The position numbers and the translations under genes are program-made. Positions 1 through 9,001 of a stretch of 64,000 nucleotides of DNA are shown here, piece after piece. The notes beneath the pieces are model-generated. The model saw only the letters and a program-made list of their open reading frames with translations. It had not been told where the DNA came from and did not search any database. The stretch is from Bacteroidales bacterium UBA1745 (lineage in GTDB: Bacteria; Bacteroidota; Bacteroidia; Bacteroidales; UBA932). Numbering within the stretch: position 1 is the stretch's first letter; each line of letters begins with the position of its first letter. Location of the stretch: assembly GCA_002314885.1 (NCBI GenBank), contig DCHT01000066.1, positions 7,689 through 71,688 of the forward strand, read 5' to 3'.

Positions 1-737
1 CCGCCCACGCGCCACATAGCGCCGATGTGCCTTTTACGCAGTTCGAAGGATTCGCCTGCGAACTCGATGATGTCGCCGTCGCCGGAGCAGTCCACGACCA
101 CGCCCGCCTTGATGGCCACGCGGCCGCTCTTGCACTCGCAGATCAGCGAATCGATGCGTTCGCCGCTCATCACGACCTCGGTCGCATATATATTATAAAG
201 GAGTCGGACGCCCGCCTCGACGATGCACTGGTCGAGGACATATTTGGTCGCCTCCGGGTCCACAATCGGATGCGCATGCGGCCGGACGATCATATCCATA
301 GATTTGAGTCGGTCGCAGACCTCGCCGCCGAAACCGTAGAGAGTCTTGGTCACAACGCCGTCGGGCGAGAGGCCTTCGGTGTCAATCACAGGCAATACGA
401 GGCCGCCAGTCCACAGGCCGCCCAGGAAATAGTTCTTCTCGAGCAATATGACATTGGCACCGGCCTTTGCGGCAGAAACGGCCGCAGACACGCCTGCAGG
501 GCCACCTCCGACCACCACGACGTCCGCCGTGGCTATCACCGGAATCTTTCGCGCAGGCTCCTTCACATAGCCCAGCGCTTCCACCTTCGCCTCGACGGTC
601 TCCGTCTTGGGAGCCAATGCATCGGAACCGGCCTCGCCGTTTATTTCAGCGCTGAGGTTTCCCGCCTTCAGCGCCTGTGGCACTGTCGCCGCGCCGAGTC
701 CCAGCGCCGTCGCCTTGAGGAATTTTCGTCTATCCAT
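1..737 (-). CDS. FAD-dependent oxidoreductase with twin-arginine (Tat) signal; runs off the window edge
   Basis: Not in the ORF track; translated by hand from ATG at 737: MDRRKFLKATALGLGAA...ADVVVVGGGPAGVSAAVSAAKAGANVILLEKNYFLGG...VVDCSGDGD. Shows a Tat motif RRKFLK, a Rossmann GxGxxG and the DCxGDxD motif shared with the paralog at 29748. Confidence 0.9.
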   Translation of the reverse strand, partial: MDRRKFLKATALGLGAATVPQALKAGNLSAEINGEAGSDALAPKTETVEAKVEALGYVKEPARKIPVIATADVVVVGGGPAGVSAAVSAAKAGANVILLEKNYFLGGLWTGGLVLPVIDTEGLSPDGVVTKTLYGFGGEVCDRLKSMDMIVRPHAHPIVDPEATKYVLDQCIVEAGVRLLYNIYATEVVMSGERIDSLICECKSGRVAIKAGVVVDCSGDGDIIEFAGESFELRKRHIGAMWRVG

Positions 738-752
738 TCTGTTGTTTTTTTT

Positions 753-846
753 GACTACTTGCCGTCAAAACCGCGCAAGTAGTCCAATTTTCTGTGTGTT
801 TTGCGGTTTTTTTGGACTACTTGCAGTCGAAAACCGGCAAGTAGTC
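753..846. repeat. Two tandem palindromic (REP-like) hairpins
   Basis: GACTACTTGC-N12-GCAAGTAGTC at 753-784 and again at 815-846 (62-bp period), with perfect 10-bp stems and different loops. Confidence 0.85.
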
Positions 847-853
847 GCAAAAA

Positions 854-2776
854 CTAGCGTACGCGTACAATCAGCACGCTGGTTGGGCCCATAGTGAGCA
901 CTTCGCCCTTCTTGGTGGCTTTGTGGCTGGCCTTGCCCTCAACGAGGACGGTTTCTCCGAGCTGCTCATTGATCGTCACAACCCTCTTGACTCCCGTTGG
1001 GTTCAGGGCGATCAGGAAGGTCTCAGCACCGTCAGCACCGTCAGCACCGTCAGCGCCACTGCAGGAGCGTGTGTAAACCATCGGATACGGATTCTCCTCG
1101 TTGTAGATCGGGGTGAAGTCGCTGTCGGCCCAGAGGGCAGGGCTGGCCTTGCGGAGGGCGATGAGCTTCTTGGTGTAGTTGAGCAGGGAATTAGGGTCGC
1201 CGGCCTGGCTTTCGACGGTGATCAGGCCAGGGGTCGTAGGGTTCTTGCAGCCGTTCTGCTTCCACTCGAGGTAGAGAGGGTAGGAGGTGGCTGGAGTCCA
1301 CTCAGGGCACACTGGGATGTAGATTTGCTCAGGTTCGCAGCTGCTGAAGCCGGCGTTGGCGGAGGAGTCCCACTGCATAGGGCTGCGGCCGCCGGAGCGC
1401 TCTTTGCCGTTGTGGTTGGCGCCCTCGACGTTAGGCAGGTCGGCGAGGCTGCGGATGCCGATTTCGTCGCCATAATACAGGATAGGCAGCGGCATCGTGA
1501 GCACGAAAGTGGTCATCACCTTGAGCTGTTTGGCGTCGTTGCGGTCGCCGGTGTTCATACGCAGATGGTCGTGGTTGCCGGTCAGAGTGGCGATGTATCC
1601 GAGGTCGCGGGTAGCGTCGAAGCTGCTCTTGTAGTTGTCGTAATAGGTCTTGAGCATCTGGGCCGGGGTAGTGCTGCGGTCGATCTTGTCCTCTGGCCAA
1701 GGATTGCCGTAGAGGTCGTAGGTCGAAGGCTGGCCGCCGTTGAGAGTGAAATAGCAGCCACCGTTCGCCTGATGCTTCAGGTCGAAGTAGAGGCGGCGGG
1801 CTTTCGCCTTGTTGCCATTGAGGTCCATATCGATGTTGTAGCCGGCTGGGAGGCAATCTTTCGGCGAACCCCACTCGGCCATCAGCACGTGCTCAGGGTA
1901 GTTTTCGTCCATCCACGCACGCACCTCGCGCCACAGTTTCTTGATCTCGACCTTGTCCTTGTCGTTCTTCACGAGGCTGCGTGCCATATCCACGCGGAAG
2001 CCGTCCACGCCCAGTTCGTACCAGAATGCGATGATGTTCTTGAGTTCCTGGCGGACAGCCCTCGGACCCGGTGCGTCGGTGGATTGCTCCCACGGACGGT
2101 TAGGGTCAGGGTTGGCATAGCCGTAGTTGAGCGAAGGCTGGCAGGCGTAGAAGTTCTTGTTGTAGTACTTCGCGCGAGGGTACTCGCTCTTCATCCAGCT
2201 GCCGGTGGTATTCTGCATATAGTTCGGATCCTTCAGCATCTCCTCCAGGTCCTTTTCGGCCTTTGCGTCAGGCAGCTGATCGGACCAGATGTAGTAGTCG
2301 GAATATCTCAGATTCGTGTCTTCGGACGACTGTTTGAACCATTCGCACTCGAGGGAAGTGTGGCCTGCAACGAGGTCCAGCATCACTTTCAGACCGCGTT
2401 CGTGTGCCTTCTGGACAAGTTCGACGAGGTCATTGTTGGTGCCGAAACGAGGGTCAACGCGATAGAAATCGATGACGTCATAACCGCCGTCGATCCAGCC
2501 TGAAACGAATATTGGATTGAACCATACGACCTTTACACCGAGGTCGGCGATATAGTCCAATTTCTCAATCACGCCCCTCAGGTCGCCGATTCCGTTGCCA
2601 TCCGAATCCTTATAAGAAGACGGATAGACCTGGTAAATGACGGCGTCGTTAAGCCAGGAAGGACCTTTGGTCCAAGTCTGGTAGTCGTTAGATGCAGTCT
2701 GCGCCAGCGCTGTCTGAAAACTGACAGTCGCCGCCAAGCTTAAAGCAATTTTTGCAATTCTCTTCATATATCCCAT
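854..2776 (-). CDS. GH13 alpha-amylase-family glycosidase, secreted
   Basis: YQVYPSSYKDSDGNGIGDL; catalytic motifs DGFRVDMA, AEWG and NHD; YYGDEIG; RSPMQW; signal peptide. The start may be the ATG at 2767. Confidence 0.93.
   Translation of the reverse strand: MGYMKRIAKIALSLAATVSFQTALAQTASNDYQTWTKGPSWLNDAVIYQVYPSSYKDSDGNGIGDLRGVIEKLDYIADLGVKVVWFNPIFVSGWIDGGYDVIDFYRVDPRFGTNNDLVELVQKAHERGLKVMLDLVAGHTSLECEWFKQSSEDTNLRYSDYYIWSDQLPDAKAEKDLEEMLKDPNYMQNTTGSWMKSEYPRAKYYNKNFYACQPSLNYGYANPDPNRPWEQSTDAPGPRAVRQELKNIIAFWYELGVDGFRVDMARSLVKNDKDKVEIKKLWREVRAWMDENYPEHVLMAEWGSPKDCLPAGYNIDMDLNGNKAKARRLYFDLKHQANGGCYFTLNGGQPSTYDLYGNPWPEDKIDRSTTPAQMLKTYYDNYKSSFDATRDLGYIATLTGNHDHLRMNTGDRNDAKQLKVMTTFVLTMPLPILYYGDEIGIRSLADLPNVEGANHNGKERSGGRSPMQWDSSANAGFSSCEPEQIYIPVCPEWTPATSYPLYLEWKQNGCKNPTTPGLITVESQAGDPNSLLNYTKKLIALRKASPALWADSDFTPIYNEENPYPMVYTRSCSGADGADGADGAETFLIALNPTGVKRVVTINEQLGETVLVEGKASHKATKKGEVLTMGPTSVLIVRVR
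1023..1058. repeat. In-frame 9-bp tandem repeat encoding (GAD)3-GAE in the GH13 C-terminal domain
   Basis: TCAGCACCG x3 followed by TCAGCGCCA. Confidence 0.85.
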
Positions 2777-2805
2777 AACTGTGGTATACTGTGGTATCTA
2801 TACTG

Positions 2806-2863
2806 CAAATTTATGCGAAAGAAAGTTGAAAGACAAATTTTTCGTATTATTTGACTAAATTTG
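2806..2863. promoter_or_regulatory. Divergent Bacteroidota sigma-A -7 elements
   Basis: TAAATTTG on the - strand (2806-2813) and on the + strand (2856-2863), matching TAnnTTTG, between divergent genes. Confidence 0.6.
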
Positions 2864-2900
2864 TTTCTAATCACCGATTGTAACTAAACATATATTCTAT

Positions 2901-4046
2901 ATGAACCGCTTCTTTTATTGTCTTGCCGCTGTGCTGCTCTGTTCTTGCTCAACGGCCGTTCACGCACAGAAAATGCCTGAGAATTCCGACGACCGTGTAT
3001 TCTGCTATAAGATGCAGACCGGCATCCGCAACAACGTCGCAATCCCCGATATTCCGGGTTATATGACGCTCAAGTGCGATTTTCACATCCATACTTGCTA
3101 TGCCGACGCACAGGTGACGCCTAAGGGCCGTGTGCAGGAGGCCTGGTACGACGGACTGGACGTGGTGAGCGTTTCCGAGCACATCGGAGTGCACAAGACG
3201 GGCATCGCTTTCGAGGACCACAACCTCGTGAACCAGCAGGCGATAGAGGCCGCCAAGGGCTATGGAATGCTCGTGGTGCCTGGTATCGAGCTCACCCGTG
3301 CGAAGCCTTTCGGACATTTCAATCTGCTGTTCGTGAAGGACGCGAGCGTGTTCTCCGAAGTGCGTTATGAACTCGACGAGGAGGGCAAGCCGAAGGTGGA
3401 TCCTGAGACTGGCGTGAGACTGAATGATATGGAGACTCTGCGTGCCGACATCAAGGCGGGCGAGGAGCAGGGCTGCTTCTTCCAGTGGAACCATCCGGGC
3501 TGGCCTGACAAGAAGAGCGACTGGTTTGACATCCAGACCGAAATGCTCAAGGCCGGACACCTCAATGCGATGGAAATCTGCAACCACGCGGAGTGGTATC
3601 CGAGGGTGCTCGACTACTTCGACCAGTACCATATTCCTATGGTTGCCAACACCGACCAGCACAACCCGACTGCGGTCGATTTCGGCCACACAATGCGTCC
3701 TATGACACTTGTGTTCGCGAAGGAGTACACTCTCGAGAGCCTCAGGGAGGCGATGTTCGCTGGCCGTATGGTGGCCTTCTGGGACCAGACTCTCGCAGGT
3801 GACGAGAAACTTCTCGAGGAGCTCGTGCACGCCTGCCTGAAGGTGAAGGTCATCGACGAGGCGAAGGGCCGCATCGAGATTACCAACAACTCAGACATCC
3901 GCTTCGAGACCCTCTACGGCGACCACATGAACCCAGTGGTGTTCTATCCTCACAAGGCAGTCATCTGCACCATCAAGAAGGGCAAGAAGATCAGTTTCGA
4001 GAACTGCTACATCGGCAGAGCCAAGCTGCAGACCAACGTTTGGTAA
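2901..4046 (+). CDS. PHP-domain phosphoesterase (Sb-PDE-like), exported
   Basis: Metal-binding motifs CDFHIHT, SEH, PGIE, GHFN, NHPGW and NTDQH; signal peptide. Confidence 0.85.
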   Translation: MNRFFYCLAAVLLCSCSTAVHAQKMPENSDDRVFCYKMQTGIRNNVAIPDIPGYMTLKCDFHIHTCYADAQVTPKGRVQEAWYDGLDVVSVSEHIGVHKTGIAFEDHNLVNQQAIEAAKGYGMLVVPGIELTRAKPFGHFNLLFVKDASVFSEVRYELDEEGKPKVDPETGVRLNDMETLRADIKAGEEQGCFFQWNHPGWPDKKSDWFDIQTEMLKAGHLNAMEICNHAEWYPRVLDYFDQYHIPMVANTDQHNPTAVDFGHTMRPMTLVFAKEYTLESLREAMFAGRMVAFWDQTLAGDEKLLEELVHACLKVKVIDEAKGRIEITNNSDIRFETLYGDHMNPVVFYPHKAVICTIKKGKKISFENCYIGRAKLQTNVW

Positions 4047-4070
4047 AGTGGTGCATCTTTTACTTGTAGT

Positions 4071-5447
4071 ATGAACGGACTCAACGACATTTTAAGCTCT
4101 ATTTCAGGCTTCCTTTGGGGCTGGCCTATGATTATCCTGCTTCTGGGAACGCATCTGTTCCTGACGGCACGCCTGCGCTTTCCCCAGCGCTACATTTTCA
4201 AGGCTATCAAGATTTCATTCCGCAAGGACAAAGGCGCGGACGGCGATGTGAGCCAGTTCGGCGCATTGGCCACTGCTTTGGCTGCCACTATCGGCACCGG
4301 CAACATCGTCGGTGTGGGCACTGCCATCGCTCTGGGCGGCCCGGGTGCCGTTTTCTGGTGCTGGCTGACCGGTGTGTTCGGAATCGCCACCAAGTATGGT
4401 GAGGGCCTGCTGGCCATCAAATATCGCGTTACCGACGCCGACGGCAAGATGCAGGGCGGCCCTATGTATGCGCTCGAAAGGGGATTGGGCCAGACTTGGC
4501 TCGGAGTCCTTTTCGCGATCTTCACGGCCCTTGCGTCATTCGGTATAGGCAGTACCGTCCAGGCGAATGCGATCAGCACTATGACCACCAACGTCTTCGG
4601 CATCGATCCCGTCATCATCGGTGGCATAGTCACAATATTGGCAACTATGGTCATCGTGGGCGGCGTAAAGAACATATCCAAGGTCTGCACAGCCCTGGTA
4701 CCGTTTATGGCACTGTTATATATAATAGGTTGCATAGTCATACTCATTATGAATTCGGCCTACGTGTGGCCGGCGCTCAAACTCATAGTCTGCTCAGCCT
4801 TCAACCCTGCGGCTGCAGGCGGCGGCTTCTTGGGCGCGAGCATAATGATGGCGGCGAGATATGGTATCGCACGCGGTCTCTTCAGCAACGAGTCCGGTCT
4901 CGGATCGGCGCCTATCGTGGCGGCTGCGGCAAAGACGAAAAATCCTGTACGTCAGGCACTTGTGTCCAGTACGGGCACTTTCTGGGATACGGTCATCATC
5001 TGCGCAATGACGGGTATAGTAATCGTCAGCAGCATACTCGCATATCCGGATATCAGCTTTGAGAACGGCGGCGTCCTGACGACTATGGCCTTCAGCAAGA
5101 TCCCTTACGTGGGTTCGCCTCTGCTGGCCTTCGGTTCGCTGACTTTCGCCTTCAGTACCATCCTGGGCTGGAGTTACTACGGCGAAAGGGCGATGGAGTA
5201 CGTGGCCAGCAAGACCAAGCTCTACAAACGCCTGGGCTCCAAGCCATTCATCAACACTTACAGGGCCATATTCCTCATTACGGTCTTCCTGGGCGCGGTC
5301 ATAAGCCTCGACCTGGTGTGGAACCTGGCAGATATCTTCAACGCCCTTATGGCGATTCCTAACCTCCTCGCCCTGCTGCTGTTGAGCGGCGTGATCGTGA
5401 AGGAGACCAAGGATTATCTGTGGAATGGAAAAATAGACAAGGAATAG
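4071..5447 (+). CDS. Alanine/glycine:cation symporter (AGCS family)
   Basis: ALAATIGTGNIVGV, GGPGAVFW, GGPMY, RGLFSNESGLGSAP; multiple TM helices. Confidence 0.95.
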   Translation: MNGLNDILSSISGFLWGWPMIILLLGTHLFLTARLRFPQRYIFKAIKISFRKDKGADGDVSQFGALATALAATIGTGNIVGVGTAIALGGPGAVFWCWLTGVFGIATKYGEGLLAIKYRVTDADGKMQGGPMYALERGLGQTWLGVLFAIFTALASFGIGSTVQANAISTMTTNVFGIDPVIIGGIVTILATMVIVGGVKNISKVCTALVPFMALLYIIGCIVILIMNSAYVWPALKLIVCSAFNPAAAGGGFLGASIMMAARYGIARGLFSNESGLGSAPIVAAAAKTKNPVRQALVSSTGTFWDTVIICAMTGIVIVSSILAYPDISFENGGVLTTMAFSKIPYVGSPLLAFGSLTFAFSTILGWSYYGERAMEYVASKTKLYKRLGSKPFINTYRAIFLITVFLGAVISLDLVWNLADIFNALMAIPNLLALLLLSGVIVKETKDYLWNGKIDKE

Positions 5448-5449
5448 AT

Positions 5450-6352
5450 ATGGAAACTGTGGATATGAGCCGTTACGTCCAGAACGGTGCCGGTGCGAAC
5501 GGAGAGAGTTTCGACTGCCTCGACGACGAGAGCGTAATGCTCAAATTGTACAATGCCTCATATCCGATCCAGCCGGTGATCGACGAGCTGGAGATAGCCA
5601 GACTGGTCTATGACCTGGGCGTGCCTTCTCCGAAGCCGGGCGAACTGGTGGAGGTGGACGGCCGCGTGGGCATCAAGTTCCGCAAGGTGCTGGGAAAGCG
5701 CAGCTACAGCCGTGCCCTGGCCGACGAGCCTGAGAGGGTAGAGGAGTTTGCGCGCGAATTCGCGGTCTATGCCAAGAAACTCCATTCCACTGTCTGTCCA
5801 GAGGAGATGTTCCCGGAGGAGAAACCGCAGTTCCTGGCCCTGCTGGATGCTTACGAAGGCCTCAGCGAGCAGGAATACGAGATTCTGCGCCGCTTCATCC
5901 TCAGCCTGCCGGACTGCAACACTGCCGTCCACGGCGATCTGCACACAGGCAATCTGCTCACGACGCTTCCTAAGGGTGCGCCGCTTTCAAGCCCTCACGA
6001 GGTGCTTTTCATTGATCTGGGCTATTTCGCCAGCGGATGTCCTCTGTTGGACATAGGTATGCTCGATGCCGTCTGCAACTATGGGAATGAGGAGTATCGC
6101 ATCAAGGAAATGCACGTGGGCCACGAAATCACCAGCAAGTTCTGGAAGTATTTCGTGGACGAGTATTTCTTTGCTGCTGACAAACTCGGCGAATACTGGT
6201 TCGGCGAGGGTGTGAGGCCTGAGGACATAGAGGAGAGAATGCTGCCTTACACCGCAGTGAAGATGCTTCTGGTAGCCTTCAATGCGGGTTTTATGCCTCC
6301 TGAATATGTCCGTCTGATGAAAGATGCCCTGAGGCTTCTTACTGAATCTTGA
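5450..6352 (+). CDS. APH/choline-kinase-like phosphotransferase
   Basis: GAGANG N-lobe loop, MLKLY, Brenner motif HGDLHTGN and IDLG. Start moved to the ATG just after the upstream stop. Confidence 0.8.
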   Translation: METVDMSRYVQNGAGANGESFDCLDDESVMLKLYNASYPIQPVIDELEIARLVYDLGVPSPKPGELVEVDGRVGIKFRKVLGKRSYSRALADEPERVEEFAREFAVYAKKLHSTVCPEEMFPEEKPQFLALLDAYEGLSEQEYEILRRFILSLPDCNTAVHGDLHTGNLLTTLPKGAPLSSPHEVLFIDLGYFASGCPLLDIGMLDAVCNYGNEEYRIKEMHVGHEITSKFWKYFVDEYFFAADKLGEYWFGEGVRPEDIEERMLPYTAVKMLLVAFNAGFMPPEYVRLMKDALRLLTES

Positions 6353-6641
6353 TGATCTGGGAGAAGCCGGTGATGTCGAAGACTTCCCTTACATTTGGCT
6401 GCATACCGGTGAGTACGAGCGAGCCGCCCTTGGCGTTGACGCTCTTCTGAAGCATCAGGAATGACCTGAGGCCGAGGCTGGAAGTGTAGTCCATTTCGCT
6501 GCAGTCGATTTCGATGTCGGCCTTTTCTCCTTCCATAAGGGGTTTGATGACCTCCTGGAACTGAGGTGCGGTGGTGGTGTCGAGCCTGCCGGAAATCTTG
6601 ATGCAGGTCTTGTTGTTCTCGTTGGTGACTTTTACTTCCAT
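6339..6641 (-). CDS. STAS-domain anti-sigma-factor antagonist
   Basis: GRLDTTTAP, YTSSLGLR (phospho-acceptor Ser), VREVFDITGF. Confidence 0.93.
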   Translation of the reverse strand: MEVKVTNENNKTCIKISGRLDTTTAPQFQEVIKPLMEGEKADIEIDCSEMDYTSSLGLRSFLMLQKSVNAKGGSLVLTGMQPNVREVFDITGFSQIIKIQ

Positions 6642-6642
6642 A

Positions 6643-7050
6643 TTAATTGTTAGTTTCTATTCTGATTGACATAGAGAGGGCATTGCAGCCGTCCTTGTAT
6701 TCGTATCTGACGCTGTCCATCATCTGCTTGCAGAGGAAGATTCCGAGGCCTCCTATCTGCCTTTCTTCGGCGGAGAGGGTGATGTCGGGGTCCGGGATGT
6801 CGAGCGGGTTGAATGGGGTGCCGGCATCGCGCAGGGTGACTACCAGGGAACCGTCGATTCTTTCGGTTTCCGCCTCGAGCCATCCGTCGCCGCGCTTGTA
6901 GGCGTAGCTGACTATGTTTTCAACCGCTTCTTCCACGCAGAGACGTATTCTGAAGAGCAGTTCGTCGTCCTGAGGCATCTCAGTGGCCGACATAAGCTGC
7001 TCGACGATTTCAGCGCATCTCTCGGTTATCGGTTCGAATCTGATCAACAT
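6643..7050 (-). CDS. Anti-sigma factor / Ser kinase (RsbW-like HATPase)
   Basis: EEAVENIVSYAY, DAGTPFNP, RQIGGLGIFL; ATG at 7050. Confidence 0.92.
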   Translation of the reverse strand: MLIRFEPITERCAEIVEQLMSATEMPQDDELLFRIRLCVEEAVENIVSYAYKRGDGWLEAETERIDGSLVVTLRDAGTPFNPLDIPDPDITLSAEERQIGGLGIFLCKQMMDSVRYEYKDGCNALSMSIRIETNN

Positions 7051-7076
7051 ATTCCTCAATTCATCTGAATGATTTT

Positions 7077-7104
7077 CAAAGTTACCAAAAGTTGATTAAT
7101 TTTG
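7077..7104. promoter_or_regulatory. Back-to-back divergent -7 promoter elements
   Basis: TAACTTTG on the - strand (7077-7084) and TAATTTTG on the + strand (7097-7104) in the 72-bp divergent gap. Confidence 0.6.
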
Positions 7105-7122
7105 ACGCAATTATTCCTGAAT

Positions 7123-9000
7123 ATGACTGTCAATCCAAGACAATCCTTCAAACTGAAGTTAATTCTGAGCATTCTGTGCTCTTCTTTCACAGCTTTCCTG
7201 CTGATTTTCTCAGCGGCTGTGTACTTCACGTCCCAGGAGATCGAGGAGAGTGCAGCCAACATAGTCAGTTCCAAGCTTCTTATGGCCACGAGGGCAATTG
7301 ACGACGACTTGACTGATATGGAGATATCGGCCCACAATATGGCCGGGATGATTTCTTCTCCATATATCAAGTTCGAACTCAAGAATGCTTCTGCCGTGTG
7401 CAGGGGCTTCCTCAAGTCGAATCCGCACGTGCAGGGCGTCTGCACCGGTTATGAGGATGGCTCCATATTCAACCATCCGGGCCCTTGGTGCCCATACGTG
7501 ATGCGCAGGGGAGAGGAGTTCATCTTCAACGACATTTCCCTGAAATACGACTTCCAGAAAGCTGATTGGTACCGCATTCCTTTTGAGACGCGCAAGCCTT
7601 ACTGGACAAATCCTTTCGTAGAGGTCAACGGCACCATCATCACTTCCTACAATGTACCTATCATAGATCCTAGGGACAACGAGGTCAAGTGCGTGCTGGC
7701 AGTGGACCTGAATCTCAACGAACTTTCTGATTCGCTGAAGTTGCTCAGACCGTACAAGGGTTCCGAACTCTATCTCATAAGCGACGACGGTTGCTATATT
7801 GCCCATCCGGAGCGCGACAGCGTTATGGTGGCTTACGCATCGGAGGAACTGATTGAATTCGCTCATTCGGATGAACTGATCTATCTGAGCAAGAAGGGAA
7901 GGGAGAAGGTCTATTACTTCCATTCCACCGTTGCCAAGACTGGCTGGGAAGTCCTGCTTTCCGTGCCTCGCAGCGCTTTCATCGACCGTTCGAACAGGAT
8001 GCTGAACATCATCCTCATCGATATGCTCATAGGCCTGATTCTGCTTCTGTTGGGCGCTATGTATGTCATCAACAAGCTCACGAAGCCTCTTGAGACCTTC
8101 GCTGAGGCGGCCAGACAGATCGCCCACGGAGATTTTAAGGTGGACCTGCCTGTCATCACCGACAACAACGAGCTGTACGACCTCAGGGCCGCCCTGGCTT
8201 CGATGGAGGTGTCGCTCGACAGGTATATGCGCGAATTGGAGGAGACCAGCAGCAAGAAGGCTTCCATCGAGAGGGAGCTGGACATCGCCAGGAGCATACA
8301 GATGGCGATGATCCCGAAGATCTTCCCTCCTTATCCTGAGCGCGACAATCTGGACATTTACGCGTCCCTGACGCCTGCACAGGCTGTCGGAGGCGATCTC
8401 TATGACTTCGTACTGCTCGAGGACAAGTTCTTCTTCTGCGTCGGCGACGTGTCCGGAAAGGGCGTGCCTGCATCCTTGCTGATGGCGATCACACGTACTC
8501 TTTTCCGCAACAACGCCACTTTGGACAGGACTCCTGCCGATATAGCCCGCATACTCAACAATGCCCTTACGGACGGCAATGATATGGGCTATTTCGTGAC
8601 TATGATGATCGGCACCATCGACCTGAAGACAGGGGAGTGCCGCATCTGCAACTGCGGCCATAACCTGCCTGTGACGAACAATCCATATCAGCTCTGTGAA
8701 CTGCCGGCCAATATCGCCCTCGGCGTCGTGCTGGGCTTCGAGTATAAGGAAGTGGTTTCACAGATGACTCCTGGCAGCCTGCTGATGCTTTACACAGACG
8801 GCATCACTGAGGCAGAGAACAAGGAGGGCGAGCTATATGAGGAAAAACGCCTCCTGAGCTGCCTGAGTGCAATGGATGAGGGCTGCAACAGCAAGGAGAT
8901 CGTGGACAGGCTGAAGGCCGATGTGAACGAGTTTGCAGACGGAGCTCAGCAGAGTGACGACATCACCCTGCTCTGCCTGCGCTGCAATCGCCTTGGTTAA
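7123..9000 (+). CDS. Membrane SpoIIE/PP2C phosphatase with Cache and HAMP domains
   Basis: Two TM helices flank a Cache-like region (ADWY..P...YWTNPF); HAMP linker; VGGDLYD, GDVSGKG, NCGHN, YTDGITEA, DDIT. Confidence 0.93.
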   Translation: MTVNPRQSFKLKLILSILCSSFTAFLLIFSAAVYFTSQEIEESAANIVSSKLLMATRAIDDDLTDMEISAHNMAGMISSPYIKFELKNASAVCRGFLKSNPHVQGVCTGYEDGSIFNHPGPWCPYVMRRGEEFIFNDISLKYDFQKADWYRIPFETRKPYWTNPFVEVNGTIITSYNVPIIDPRDNEVKCVLAVDLNLNELSDSLKLLRPYKGSELYLISDDGCYIAHPERDSVMVAYASEELIEFAHSDELIYLSKKGREKVYYFHSTVAKTGWEVLLSVPRSAFIDRSNRMLNIILIDMLIGLILLLLGAMYVINKLTKPLETFAEAARQIAHGDFKVDLPVITDNNELYDLRAALASMEVSLDRYMRELEETSSKKASIERELDIARSIQMAMIPKIFPPYPERDNLDIYASLTPAQAVGGDLYDFVLLEDKFFFCVGDVSGKGVPASLLMAITRTLFRNNATLDRTPADIARILNNALTDGNDMGYFVTMMIGTIDLKTGECRICNCGHNLPVTNNPYQLCELPANIALGVVLGFEYKEVVSQMTPGSLLMLYTDGITEAENKEGELYEEKRLLSCLSAMDEGCNSKEIVDRLKADVNEFADGAQQSDDITLLCLRCNRLG

Positions 9001-9001
9001 G

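Noticed and set aside
27-782. 251-aa + strand ORF and other long antisense ORFs (e.g. 923-2503, 7210-8661, 12993-13889, 32780-33715)
   Set aside because: These are shadows of well-supported genes on the opposite strand, with no motifs; they are expected in GC-rich coding DNA.
753-846. Possible mini-CRISPR array (32-bp palindromic units with a 30-bp spacer)
   Set aside because: There are only two units, their central 12 nt differ, and no cas genes are in the window.
2778-2797. ACTGTGGTAT direct repeat upstream of the GH13 gene
   Set aside because: It has only two copies, no linked regulator and no second site was noticed, so it cannot be supported as an operator.
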